From NCBI RefSeq assembly GCF_054482595.1, contig NZ_CM137008.1: a DNA stretch of 64,000 nt; one strand, 5' to 3'. Position 1 is the stretch's first letter. Every line of letters begins with the position of its first letter. Shown one piece after another: positions 26,671-38,268 of the stretch. The position numbers were made by a program, and so were the translations under genes. Under the pieces are notes generated by a model. That model made no database searches, was not told the DNA's origin, and saw only the letters and a list, made by a program, of their open reading frames with translations.

Positions 26671-27756
26671 ATGTTCAAGCGTCGTTATGTAACATTGCTT
26701 CCCCTTTTTGTGTTGCTTGCCGCCTGTAGCAGCAAGCCAAAACCTACTGAGACTGAAACGACCACCGGAACGCCGTCTGGCGGCTTCCTGCTTGAGCCGC
26801 AGCACAATGTGATGCAGATGGGCGGCGATTTCGCTAATAACCCGAATGCCCAGCAGTTCATCGACAAAATGGTGAACAAACACGGTTTCGATCGTCAGCA
26901 GTTGCAGGAAATTCTCTCCCAGGCGAAACGTCTGGATTCGGTACTGCGGCTGATGGATAACCAGGCACCAACGACATCGGTGAAACCGCCATCAGGTCCG
27001 AACGGCGCATGGCTGCGTTATCGCAAAAAATTTATTACGCCGGACAATGTACAGAACGGTGTGGTTTTCTGGAATCAGTATGAAGATGCGTTGAATCGCG
27101 CGTGGCAGGTGTATGGCGTACCGCCGGAAATTATCGTCGGGATTATCGGCGTTGAAACCCGCTGGGGGCGCGTGATGGGGAAAACTCGCATCCTCGATGC
27201 GCTGGCAACGCTGTCATTTAACTACCCACGCCGCGCGGAGTATTTCTCTGGCGAGCTGGAAACCTTCCTGTTGATGGCGCGCGACGAGCAGGACGATCCG
27301 CTCAATCTGAAAGGTTCCTTTGCCGGGGCGATGGGCTACGGACAGTTTATGCCGTCGTCTTACAAACAATATGCAGTGGATTTCAGCGGCGATGGGCATA
27401 TCAACCTGTGGGAGCCGGTTGATGCGATCGGTAGCGTGGCGAACTATTTCAAAGCGCACGGCTGGGTGAAAGGCGATCAGGTCGCGGTAATGGCAAACGG
27501 TCAGGCTCCAGGCTTGCCAAATGGCTTCAAAACCAAGTACAGCATTTCGCAGCTTGCCGCGGCAGGTTTAACGCCACAGCAGCCGCTGGGCAACCATCAA
27601 CAAGCCAGCCTGCTGCGTCTGGATGTCGGTACCGGTTACCAGTACTGGTACGGTATGCCGAACTTCTACACCATTACCCGTTATAACCACAGCACCCATT
27701 ACGCAATGGCGGTCTGGCAGTTAGGACAAGCCGTGGCGCTGGCGCGCGTGCAGTAA
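26671..27756 (+). CDS. mltB: MltB, membrane-bound lytic murein transglycosylase B (361 aa)
   Basis: Recognised start MFKRRYVTLLPLFVLLAACSSKP with lipobox LAAC (ATG 26671; ORF track began 105 nt upstream); divergent from srlA. Confidence 0.9.
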   Translation: MFKRRYVTLLPLFVLLAACSSKPKPTETETTTGTPSGGFLLEPQHNVMQMGGDFANNPNAQQFIDKMVNKHGFDRQQLQEILSQAKRLDSVLRLMDNQAPTTSVKPPSGPNGAWLRYRKKFITPDNVQNGVVFWNQYEDALNRAWQVYGVPPEIIVGIIGVETRWGRVMGKTRILDALATLSFNYPRRAEYFSGELETFLLMARDEQDDPLNLKGSFAGAMGYGQFMPSSYKQYAVDFSGDGHINLWEPVDAIGSVANYFKAHGWVKGDQVAVMANGQAPGLPNGFKTKYSISQLAAAGLTPQQPLGNHQQASLLRLDVGTGYQYWYGMPNFYTITRYNHSTHYAMAVWQLGQAVALARVQ

Positions 27757-27900
27757 CTATTTGCAAGAGGGGGGCGTGAGCTTCCCTCTGGCTAATCAGC
27801 TTTTTTCTGAATCCTCCTCGTAAAATTGCAACGCCAACACCATCTTCCTGACGAAAGTGCTATCTTGTCCGGCATAAATTTTTGACTGACAGAGGTTGTG

Positions 27901-28398
27901 ATGACTGACAGTGAACTGATGCAGTTAAGCGAACAGGTTGGGCAGGCGCTGAAAGCCCGTGGCGCAACCGTAACAACTGCTGAGTCTTGTACCGGCGGTT
28001 GGGTAGCGAAAGTGATTACCGATATTGCCGGCAGTTCCGCCTGGTTTGAACGCGGATTTGTCACCTACAGTAACGAAGCGAAAGCGCAAATGATCGGCGT
28101 ACGCGAAGAGACGCTGGCGCAGCATGGCGCGGTGAGCGAACCCGTCGTGGTGGAAATGGCGATAGGCGCACTGAAAGCGGCTCGTGCTGATTACGCCGTG
28201 TCTATTAGTGGTATCGCCGGGCCGGATGGCGGCAGTGAAGAGAAGCCTGTCGGCACCGTCTGGTTTGCTTTTGCCACTGCCCGCGGTGAAGGCATTACCC
28301 GGCGGGAATGCTTCAGCGGCGACCGTGATGCGGTGCGTCGTCAGGCTACTGCGTATGCATTGCAGACCTTGTGGCAACAATTTCTACAAAACACTTGA
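27901..28398 (+). CDS. pncC: PncC (YgaD), NMN amidohydrolase / CinA-like (165 aa)
   Basis: MTDSELMQLSEQVGQALKARGATVTTAESCTGGW, CinA C-terminal domain family; start taken at ATG 27901. Confidence 0.9.
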   Translation: MTDSELMQLSEQVGQALKARGATVTTAESCTGGWVAKVITDIAGSSAWFERGFVTYSNEAKAQMIGVREETLAQHGAVSEPVVVEMAIGALKAARADYAVSISGIAGPDGGSEEKPVGTVWFAFATARGEGITRRECFSGDRDAVRRQATAYALQTLWQQFLQNT

Positions 28399-29539
<1,141 letters not shown>

Positions 29540-29733
29540 TCGTTCGTTATTGATGATAATAGATAATGTGTGCACGGACGGTCCCCTCGCCCCTTTGGGG
29601 AGAGGGTTAGGGTGAGGGGAACAGGCCAGCACTGGCGTGAAAAATTACTCTCACCTCGATCCTCTAACGAATTGGGCCTGCGGGAACATTCTGCACACTC
29701 ATTGACTATTAAATCTGTTTATCAGCAAAACCT

Positions 29734-29763
29734 GGGTCGCATCTGCGGCCCTTTTGCTTTTTT
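29734..29763 (+). terminator. Intrinsic terminator after recA, immediately upstream of recX
   Basis: Hairpin gggtcgc-atct-gcggccc followed by TTTTGCTTTTTT, ending 19 nt before the recX ATG. Confidence 0.7.
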
Positions 29764-29781
29764 AAGTTGTAAGGATATGCC

Positions 29782-30282
29782 ATGACAGAATCAACGTCCC
29801 GTCGCCCGGCATATGCTCGCCTGTTGGATCGTGCGGTACGCATTCTGGCGGTGCGCGATCACAGTGAGCAAGAACTGCGACGTAAACTCGCGGCACCGAT
29901 TATGGGCAAAAATGGCCCGGAAGAGATTGATGCCACGGAAGAAGATTACGAGCGCGTTATTGCCTGGTGCCATGAACATGGCTATCTCGATGACAGCCGA
30001 TTTGTTGCGCGCTTTATCGCCAGCCGTAGCCGCAAAGGTTATGGACCTGCGCGTATTCGCCAGGAACTGAATCAGAAAGGTATTTCCCGCGAAGCGACAG
30101 AAAAAGCGATGCGTGAATGTGACATCGACTGGTGCGCACTGGCGCGCGATCAGGCGACGCGAAAATATGGTGAACCTTTGTCAACTGTCTTTTCAGAAAA
30201 AGTTAAGATCCAGCGTTTTCTGCTCTATCGTGGCTATCTGATGGAAGATATCCAGGATATTTGGCGAAATTTTGCCGACTGA
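29782..30282 (+). CDS. recX: RecX, RecA inhibitor (166 aa)
   Basis: ORF-track protein [36 protein letters not shown] recognised; position directly after recA. Confidence 0.93.
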   Translation: MTESTSRRPAYARLLDRAVRILAVRDHSEQELRRKLAAPIMGKNGPEEIDATEEDYERVIAWCHEHGYLDDSRFVARFIASRSRKGYGPARIRQELNQKGISREATEKAMRECDIDWCALARDQATRKYGEPLSTVFSEKVKIQRFLLYRGYLMEDIQDIWRNFAD

Positions 30283-30409
30283 ACGCATACGGTATTTTAC
30301 TTCCCAGTCAAGAAAACTTATCTTATTCCCACTTTTCAGTTACCAGCCCGGCGGTTAAGACACGCTGGAGCTGGTGGCGATATTTCGTTAGCTTGATTTC
30401 AGGATAATT

Positions 30410-33040
30410 ATGAGCAAGAGCACCGCTGAGATCCGTCAGGCGTTTCTCGACTTTTTCCATAGTAAGGGACATCAGGTAGTTGCCAGCAGCTCCCTGGTAC
30501 CCCATAACGACCCAACTTTGTTGTTTACCAACGCCGGGATGAACCAGTTCAAGGATGTGTTCCTTGGGCTCGACAAGCGTAATTATTCCCGCGCTACCAC
30601 TTCCCAACGCTGTGTGCGTGCGGGTGGTAAACACAACGACCTGGAAAACGTCGGTTACACCGCGCGTCACCATACCTTCTTCGAAATGCTGGGCAACTTC
30701 AGCTTCGGCGACTATTTCAAACACGATGCCATTCAGTTTGCATGGGAACTGCTGACCAGCGAAAAATGGTTTGCCCTGCCGAAAGAGCGTCTGTGGGTTA
30801 CCGTCTATGAAAGCGACGACGAAGCCTACGAAATCTGGGAAAAAGAAGTCGGGATCCCGCGCGAACGTATTATTCGCATCGGCGATAACAAAGGTGCGCC
30901 ATACGCATCTGACAACTTCTGGCAGATGGGTGACACTGGTCCGTGCGGCCCGTGCACCGAAATCTTCTACGATCACGGCGACCACATTTGGGGTGGCCCT
31001 CCGGGAAGTCCGGAAGAAGACGGCGACCGCTACATTGAGATCTGGAACATCGTCTTCATGCAGTTCAACCGCCAGGCCGATGGCACGATGGAACCGCTGC
31101 CGAAGCCGTCTGTAGATACCGGTATGGGTCTGGAGCGTATTGCTGCGGTGCTGCAACACGTTAACTCTAACTATGACATCGACCTGTTCCGCACGTTGAT
31201 CCAGGCGGTAGCGAAAGTCACTGGCGCGACCGATCTTAGCAATAAATCGCTGCGCGTAATCGCTGACCACATTCGTTCTTGTGCGTTCCTGATCGCGGAT
31301 GGCGTAATGCCGTCCAATGAAAACCGTGGTTATGTACTGCGTCGTATCATTCGTCGCGCAGTGCGTCACGGTAATATGCTCGGCGCGAAAGAAACCTTCT
31401 TCTACAAACTGGTTGGTCCGCTGATCGACGTTATGGGCTCTGCGGGTGAAGACCTGAAACGCCAGCAGGCGCAGGTTGAGCAGGTGCTGAAGACTGAAGA
31501 AGAGCAGTTTGCTCGTACTCTGGAGCGCGGTCTGGCGTTGCTGGATGAAGAGCTGGCAAAACTTTCTGGTGATACGCTGGATGGTGAAACTGCTTTCCGT
31601 CTGTACGACACCTATGGCTTCCCGGTTGACCTGACGGCTGATGTTTGTCGTGAGCGCAACATCAAAGTTGACGAAGCTGGTTTTGAAGCTGCAATGGAAG
31701 AGCAGCGTCGTCGCGCGCGCGAAGCCAGCGGCTTTGGTGCCGATTACAACGCAATGATCCGTGTTGACAGTGCATCTGAATTTAAAGGCTATGACCATCT
31801 GGAACTGAACGGCAAAGTGACCGCGCTGTTTGTTGATGGTAAAGCGGTTGATGCCATCAATGCAGGCCAGGAAGCTGTGGTCGTGCTGGATCAAACGCCA
31901 TTCTATGCGGAATCCGGCGGTCAGGTTGGTGATAAAGGCGAACTGAAAGGCGCTAACTTCTCCTTCGTGGTGGAAGATACGCAGAAATACGGCCAGGCGA
32001 TTGGTCACATCGGTAAACTTGCTGCGGGTTCTCTGAAAGTGGGCGACGCTGTGCAGGCTGATGTTGATGAGGCTCGTCGCGCCCGTATTCGTCTGAATCA
32101 CTCCGCAACGCACCTGATGCATGCTGCGCTGCGCCAGGTTCTGGGTACTCATGTATCGCAGAAAGGTTCACTGGTTAACGACAAGGTGCTGCGCTTCGAC
32201 TTCTCACACAACGAAGCGATGAAACCAGAAGAGATTCGTGCGGTCGAAGACCTGGTGAACGCACAGATTCGTCGCAATTTGCCGATCGAAACCAACATCA
32301 TGGATCTCGAAGCGGCGAAAGCGAAAGGTGCGATGGCGCTGTTCGGCGAGAAGTATGATGAGCGCGTACGCGTGCTGAGCATGGGCGATTTCTCCACCGA
32401 GCTGTGTGGCGGTACTCACGCCAGCCGCACTGGTGATATTGGTCTGTTCCGCATCATCTCTGAATCGGGTACTGCTGCAGGCGTTCGTCGTATCGAAGCG
32501 GTAACCGGAGAAGGTGCTATCGCCACCGTTCATGCAGACAGCGATCGCTTAAGCGAAGTCGCGCATCTGCTGAAAGGCGATAGCAATAATCTGGCTGATA
32601 AAGTGCGCTCAGTACTGGAACGTACGCGTCAGTTAGAAAAAGAACTACAACAGCTTAAAGAACAAGCTGCCGCACAGGAGAGCGCAAATCTTTCCAGTAA
32701 GGCAATTGATGTTAATGGTGTTAAGCTGTTGGTTAGCGAGCTTAGCGGTGTTGAGCCGAAAATGTGGCGTACCATGGTTGACGATTTAAAAAATCAGCTG
32801 GGGTCGACAATTATCGTGCTGGCAACGGTAGCCGAAGGTAAGGTTTCTCTGATTGCAGGCGTATCTAAGGACGTCACAGATCGTGTGAAAGCAGGGGAAC
32901 TGATTGGTATGGTCGCTCAGCAGGTGGGCGGCAAGGGTGGTGGACGTCCTGACATGGCGCAAGCCGGTGGTACGGATGCTGCGGCCTTACCTGCAGCGTT
33001 AGCCAGTGTGAAAGGCTGGGTCAGCGCGAAATTGCAATAA
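30410..33040 (+). CDS. alaS: AlaS, alanine-tRNA ligase (876 aa)
   Basis: [24 protein letters not shown]..., class II aaRS motifs and the C-terminal editing/C-Ala domains; length matches AlaRS. Confidence 0.97.
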   Translation: MSKSTAEIRQAFLDFFHSKGHQVVASSSLVPHNDPTLLFTNAGMNQFKDVFLGLDKRNYSRATTSQRCVRAGGKHNDLENVGYTARHHTFFEMLGNFSFGDYFKHDAIQFAWELLTSEKWFALPKERLWVTVYESDDEAYEIWEKEVGIPRERIIRIGDNKGAPYASDNFWQMGDTGPCGPCTEIFYDHGDHIWGGPPGSPEEDGDRYIEIWNIVFMQFNRQADGTMEPLPKPSVDTGMGLERIAAVLQHVNSNYDIDLFRTLIQAVAKVTGATDLSNKSLRVIADHIRSCAFLIADGVMPSNENRGYVLRRIIRRAVRHGNMLGAKETFFYKLVGPLIDVMGSAGEDLKRQQAQVEQVLKTEEEQFARTLERGLALLDEELAKLSGDTLDGETAFRLYDTYGFPVDLTADVCRERNIKVDEAGFEAAMEEQRRRAREASGFGADYNAMIRVDSASEFKGYDHLELNGKVTALFVDGKAVDAINAGQEAVVVLDQTPFYAESGGQVGDKGELKGANFSFVVEDTQKYGQAIGHIGKLAAGSLKVGDAVQADVDEARRARIRLNHSATHLMHAALRQVLGTHVSQKGSLVNDKVLRFDFSHNEAMKPEEIRAVEDLVNAQIRRNLPIETNIMDLEAAKAKGAMALFGEKYDERVRVLSMGDFSTELCGGTHASRTGDIGLFRIISESGTAAGVRRIEAVTGEGAIATVHADSDRLSEVAHLLKGDSNNLADKVRSVLERTRQLEKELQQLKEQAAAQESANLSSKAIDVNGVKLLVSELSGVEPKMWRTMVDDLKNQLGSTIIVLATVAEGKVSLIAGVSKDVTDRVKAGELIGMVAQQVGGKGGGRPDMAQAGGTDAAALPAALASVKGWVSAKLQ

Positions 33041-33274
33041 TATAAGCGTCAGGCAATGCCGTGGACTCGCTTCACGGCATTCGCATTAACGCTATCGACA
33101 ACGATAAAGTCAGGTTGAAGTTGTGTATATCGGCTAAACTTAGGTTTAACAGAATGTAATGCCATGACTGCTTAGATGTAATGTGTTTGTCATTGCTTAC
33201 TTTTTGGCGTTATATGATGGATAATGCCGGGATACAGAGAGACCCGACTCTTTTAATCTTTCAAGGAGCAAAGA

Positions 33275-33460
33275 ATGCTGATTCTGACTCGTCGAGTTGG
33301 TGAGACCCTCATGATTGGGGATGAGGTCACCGTGACAGTTTTAGGGGTAAAGGGCAACCAGGTACGTATTGGCGTAAATGCCCCGAAGGAAGTTTCTGTT
33401 CACCGTGAAGAGATCTACCAGCGTATCCAGGCTGAAAAATCCCAGCAGTCCAGTTACTAA
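33275..33460 (+). CDS. csrA: CsrA, carbon storage regulator (61 aa)
   Basis: [61 protein letters not shown], the CsrA sequence. Confidence 0.97.
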
Positions 33461-33776
33461 TCTTTCCGCGTCTCATCTTTATCGGTGAGACGCACCCTCA
33501 AAATTTCTCCTTCACTCTATAGTCTTTTCGCTTTACTCCCGTTCATTCAACTTAAGTCTCCATATTTTTTACATTACTGCTATCTGTCAGACCTCCGTTT
33601 TTCTGTTGATAAAACACTCTTTTTGACGTTTTTACAGACTAATTGAGCGTGAAGTGTGCAAACGATAAAAGTGTGGGAAAAATTGTTTGACTTATAAGTC
33701 TCAGAAAGTAATATGTGCGCCACGCAGCGACGATGAGCGATAAACAAGTTCTTCGAAGCACTCGTAAGAGGCGTGT

Positions 33777-33869
33777 GGTGAGGTGGCCGAGAGGCTGAAG
33801 GCGCTCCCCTGCTAAGGGAGTATGCGGTCAAAAGCTGCATCCGGGGTTCGAATCCCCGCCTCACCGCCA
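33777..33869 (+). tRNA. serV: tRNA-Ser (anticodon GCU), 93 nt with long variable arm and encoded CCA
   Basis: GGTGAGGTGGCCGAGAGGCTGAAGGCGCTCCCCTGCTAAGGGAG...GGTTCGAATCCCCGCCTCACCGCCA; cloverleaf with GCT anticodon. Confidence 0.93.
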
Positions 33870-33872
33870 TTT

Positions 33873-33949
33873 GCATCCGTAGCTCAGCTGGATAGAGTAC
33901 TCGGCTACGAACCGAGCGGTCGGAGGTTCGAATCCTCCCGGATGCACCA
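33873..33949 (+). tRNA. argV: tRNA-Arg (anticodon ACG), copy 1 of 4
   Basis: GCATCCGTAGCTCAGCTGGATAGAGTACTCGGCTACGAACCGAGCGGTCGGAGGTTCGAATCCTCCCGGATGCACCA; 3 nt after serV. Confidence 0.93.
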
Positions 33950-34085
33950 TATTCTCCGTAACTTTCAGCGATGAAGGTATGGAAGAGGTGGCGGTACTAA
34001 CCGCAGGCACCAGGGAGGATAACGTTGCTTTAGCAACGGCCCGAAGGGCGAGCCGCAAGGCGAGTAATCCTCCCGGATGCACCAT
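33950..34085 (+). repeat. tRNA-operon spacer repeat unit A (about 136 nt) ending in a duplicated tRNA-Arg 3' end
   Basis: GC-rich structured segment ...ccgcaggcaccagggaggataacgttgctttagcaacggcccgaagggcgagccgcaaggcgagtaATCCTCCCGGATGCACCAt; last 17 nt identical to the tRNA-Arg 3' terminus. Followed by a 63-nt unit B (34086..34148). Confidence 0.8.
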
Positions 34086-34148
34086 CTCTTACTTGATACG
34101 GCTTTAGTAGCGGTATCAAAAAATCTGCAGTAAAGTAAGTTTCCCGAT

Positions 34149-34225
34149 GCATCCGTAGCTCAGCTGGATAGAGTACTCGGCTACGAACCGAGCGGTCGGA
34201 GGTTCGAATCCTCCCGGATGCACCA
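34149..34225 (+). tRNA. argY: tRNA-Arg (anticodon ACG), copy 2
   Basis: Identical 77-nt tRNA-Arg sequence. Confidence 0.93.
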
Positions 34226-34287
34226 TCTCTTACTTGATATGGCTTTAGTAGCGGTATCAATATCAGCAGTAAAATAAATTTCCCGAT

Positions 34288-34364
34288 GCATCCGTAGCTC
34301 AGCTGGATAGAGTACTCGGCTACGAACCGAGCGGTCGGAGGTTCGAATCCTCCCGGATGCACCA
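34288..34364 (+). tRNA. argZ: tRNA-Arg (anticodon ACG), copy 3
   Basis: Identical 77-nt tRNA-Arg sequence; preceded by a unit-B-only spacer (34226..34287). Confidence 0.93.
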
Positions 34365-34500
34365 TATTCTCCGAAATCTTCAGCAATGAAGATATCGAAG
34401 AGGTAGCGGAATTAACCGCAGGCACCAGGGAGGATAACGTTGCGCCAGCAACGGCCCGAAGGGCGAGCCGCAAGGCGAGTAATCCTCCCGGATGCACCAT
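34365..34500 (+). repeat. tRNA-operon spacer repeat unit A, copy 2
   Basis: Near-identical to 33950..34085, again ending in ...aATCCTCCCGGATGCACCAt; followed by unit B (34501..34562). Confidence 0.8.
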
Positions 34501-34562
34501 CTCTTACTTGATATGGCTTTAGTAGCGATATCAATATCAGCAGTAAAATAAATTTTCCCGAT

Positions 34563-34639
34563 GCATCCGTAGCTCAGCTGGATAGAGTACTCGGCTACGA
34601 ACCGAGCGGTCGGAGGTTCGAATCCTCCCGGATGCACCA
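34563..34639 (+). tRNA. argQ: tRNA-Arg (anticodon ACG), copy 4
   Basis: Identical 77-nt tRNA-Arg sequence. Confidence 0.93.
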
Positions 34640-34773
34640 TATTCTCCGAAATCTTCAGCAATGAAGATATCGAAGAGGTAGCGGAATTAACCGCAGGCAC
34701 CAGGAAGGATAACGTTGCTTTAGCAACGGCCCGAAGGGCGAACGCCAGTGAGTCATCCTCCCGGATGCACCAT
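34640..34773 (+). repeat. tRNA-operon trailer repeat unit A, copy 3 (diverged)
   Basis: Same unit with substitutions (...gaacgccagtgagtcATCCTCCCGGATGCACCAt) after the last tRNA. Confidence 0.75.
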
Positions 34774-34919
34774 CTTCTCCAAAAAATTTCCTTCAAAAAT
34801 ATCTCATTTCTAAATAACTACTTTATCCATTTCCTGAATTTTCTTCTCCTTCGCCATCAGCGACAAAATCAAGCAATTACGCTAAAGTAGCGTCATATTT
34901 TTCGACTTGCGAGAAGACC

Positions 34920-35486
34920 ATGTACGAGCGTTATGCAGGTTTAATTTTTGATATGGATGGCACAATCCTGGATACGGAGCCTACGCACCGTAAAGCGTGG
35001 CGCGAAGTATTAGGGCACTACGGTCTTCAGTACGATGTTCAGGCGATGATTGCGCTTAATGGATCGCCCACCTGGCGTATTGCTCAGGCAATTATTGAGC
35101 TGAATCAGGCCGATCTCGACCCGCATGCGTTAGCGCGTGAAAAAACAGAAGCAGTAAGAAGTATGCTACTGGATAGTGTCGAGCCGCTTCCTCTTGTTGA
35201 AGTGGTGAAAAGTTGGCATGGTCGTCGCCCAATGGCTGTAGGAACGGGGAGTGAAAGCGCCATCGCTGAGGCATTGCTGGCTCACCTGGGATTACGCCGT
35301 TATTTTGACGCCGTCGTCGCTGCCGATCACGTCCAACACCATAAACCTGCGCCAGACACATTTTTGTTGTGCGCGCAGCGTATGGGCGTGAAACCGACAC
35401 AGTGTGTGGTCTTTGAAGATGCCGATTTCGGTATTCAGGCGGCCCGTGCAGCAGGCATGGACGCTGTGGATGTTCGCTTGCTGTGA
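34920..35486 (+). CDS. yqaB: YqaB, HAD-family sugar phosphatase (188 aa)
   Basis: HAD motif I FDMDGTILDTEP near the N-terminus; recognised context downstream of the tRNA operon. Confidence 0.9.
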   Translation: MYERYAGLIFDMDGTILDTEPTHRKAWREVLGHYGLQYDVQAMIALNGSPTWRIAQAIIELNQADLDPHALAREKTEAVRSMLLDSVEPLPLVEVVKSWHGRRPMAVGTGSESAIAEALLAHLGLRRYFDAVVAADHVQHHKPAPDTFLLCAQRMGVKPTQCVVFEDADFGIQAARAAGMDAVDVRLL

Positions 35487-35911
35487 GTGAAGCGTTATCG
35501 CTTTTCTCGTTGTTTGCCAGTAGTTTTCTCAGCGCTACACTATTACCCGGCAACTCCGAAGTCGTGCTGGTGGCAATGTTGCTTTCCGGGATCAGTCATC
35601 CCTGGGTTTTAGTTTTAACAGCAACAATGGGTAATAGCCTTGGAGGGTTAACTAACGTTATCCTTGGGCGTTTCTTTCCATTGCGTAAAACATCGCGCTG
35701 GCAAGAGAAAGCTACCGGCTGGCTGAAACGCTATGGTGCAGTCACGCTATTATTAAGCTGGATGCCCGTGGTTGGCGATTTACTGTGTCTGTTAGCGGGA
35801 TGGATGCGCATCTCCTGGGGGCCAGTAATCTTTTTTTTGTGCCTTGGTAAAGCGTTACGCTATGTTGCAGTTGCAGCAGCGACCGTTCAGGGCATGATGT
35901 GGTGGCACTAA
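35483..35911 (+). CDS. yqaA: YqaA, DedA/SNARE-associated family inner membrane protein (142 aa)
   Basis: Hydrophobic 142 aa protein; GTG start overlapping the yqaB stop. Confidence 0.88.
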   Translation: MSEALSLFSLFASSFLSATLLPGNSEVVLVAMLLSGISHPWVLVLTATMGNSLGGLTNVILGRFFPLRKTSRWQEKATGWLKRYGAVTLLLSWMPVVGDLLCLLAGWMRISWGPVIFFLCLGKALRYVAVAAATVQGMMWWH

Positions 35912-35956
35912 TTGTAGGCCTGCACATATGGTCACCATTACAGTTATGCTAATTAA

Positions 35957-37540
<1,584 letters not shown>

Positions 37541-37548
37541 CAGAAAAG

Positions 37549-37621
37549 AAAAAGGCCACTCGTGAGTGGCCAAAATTTCATCTCTGAATTCAGGGATGAT
37601 GATAACAAATGCGCGTCTTTC
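37549..37621 (-). ncRNA. micA: MicA (SraD) small regulatory RNA, about 73 nt
   Basis: Minus strand reads GAAAGACGCGCATTTGTTATCATCATCCCTGAATTCAGAGATGAAATTTTGGCCACTCACGAGTGGCCTTTTT, which I recognise as MicA; ends in its hairpin (37554..37571) plus U-run. Lies between gshA and luxS. Confidence 0.92.
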
Positions 37622-37689
37622 ATATACTCAGACTCGCCTGGGAAGAAAGAGTTCAGAAAATTTTTAAAAAAATTACCGGAGGTGGCTAA

Positions 37690-38205
37690 ATGCCGTTGTT
37701 AGATAGCTTCACAGTCGATCATACCCGGATGGAAGCGCCTGCAGTTCGGGTGGCGAAAACAATGAACACCCCGCATGGCGACGCAATCACCGTGTTCGAT
37801 CTGCGCTTCTGCGTGCCGAACAAAGAAGTGATGCCAGAAAGAGGGATCCATACCCTGGAGCACCTGTTTGCTGGTTTTATGCGTAACCATCTTAACGGTA
37901 ATGGTGTAGAGATTATCGATATCTCGCCAATGGGCTGCCGCACCGGTTTTTATATGAGTCTGATTGGTACGCCAGATGAGCAGCGTGTTGCTGATGCCTG
38001 GAAAGCGGCAATGGAAGACGTGCTGAAAGTGCAGGATCAGAATCAGATTCCGGAGCTGAACGTCTACCAGTGTGGCACTTACCAGATGCACTCGTTGCAG
38101 GAAGCGCAGGATATTGCGCGTAGCATTCTGGAACGTGACGTGCGCATCAACAGCAACGAAGAACTGGCGCTGCCGAAAGAGAAGTTGCAGGAACTGCACA
38201 TTTAG
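37690..38205 (+). CDS. luxS: LuxS, S-ribosylhomocysteine lyase (171 aa)
   Basis: [25 protein letters not shown]... with HTLEH metal-binding motif. Confidence 0.96.
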
Positions 38206-38236
38206 TCAGTAAACTATCTTCACAATTAATTGAAAA

Positions 38237-38260
38237 AAGCCAGTTCAAATGAACTGGCTT
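38237..38260. terminator. Bidirectional intrinsic terminator between convergent luxS and emrB
   Basis: Hairpin aagccagttc-aaat-gaactggctt; A6 on the plus side upstream gives a U-run for the minus-strand emrB transcript. Confidence 0.75.
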
Positions 38261-38268
38261 AGTTGTAC

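Noticed and set aside
30323-32152. 609-aa ORF on the minus strand antisense to alaS
   Set aside because: Fully contained within alaS on the opposite strand with no recognisable domain signature; alaS itself is unambiguous.
33054-33081. Hairpin aatgccgtg-gactcgctt-cacggcatt just downstream of alaS as a terminator
   Set aside because: No U-rich tract follows it, so I cannot call it an intrinsic terminator from sequence alone.
33873-34773. Possible CRISPR-like array (regularly repeated units)
   Set aside because: The repeats are complete 77-nt tRNA-Arg genes with cloverleaf structure and CCA ends, the spacers are themselves repeated rather than unique, and there are no cas genes nearby.
33580-34796. 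Four minus-strand ORFs (98 to 156 aa) across the tRNA cluster with repeated MVHPGGLLALRLALRAVA-like peptides
   Set aside because: They are translations of the tRNA-Arg genes and spacer repeats read in the antisense direction; the repetition comes from the tandem tRNA array, not a protein family.
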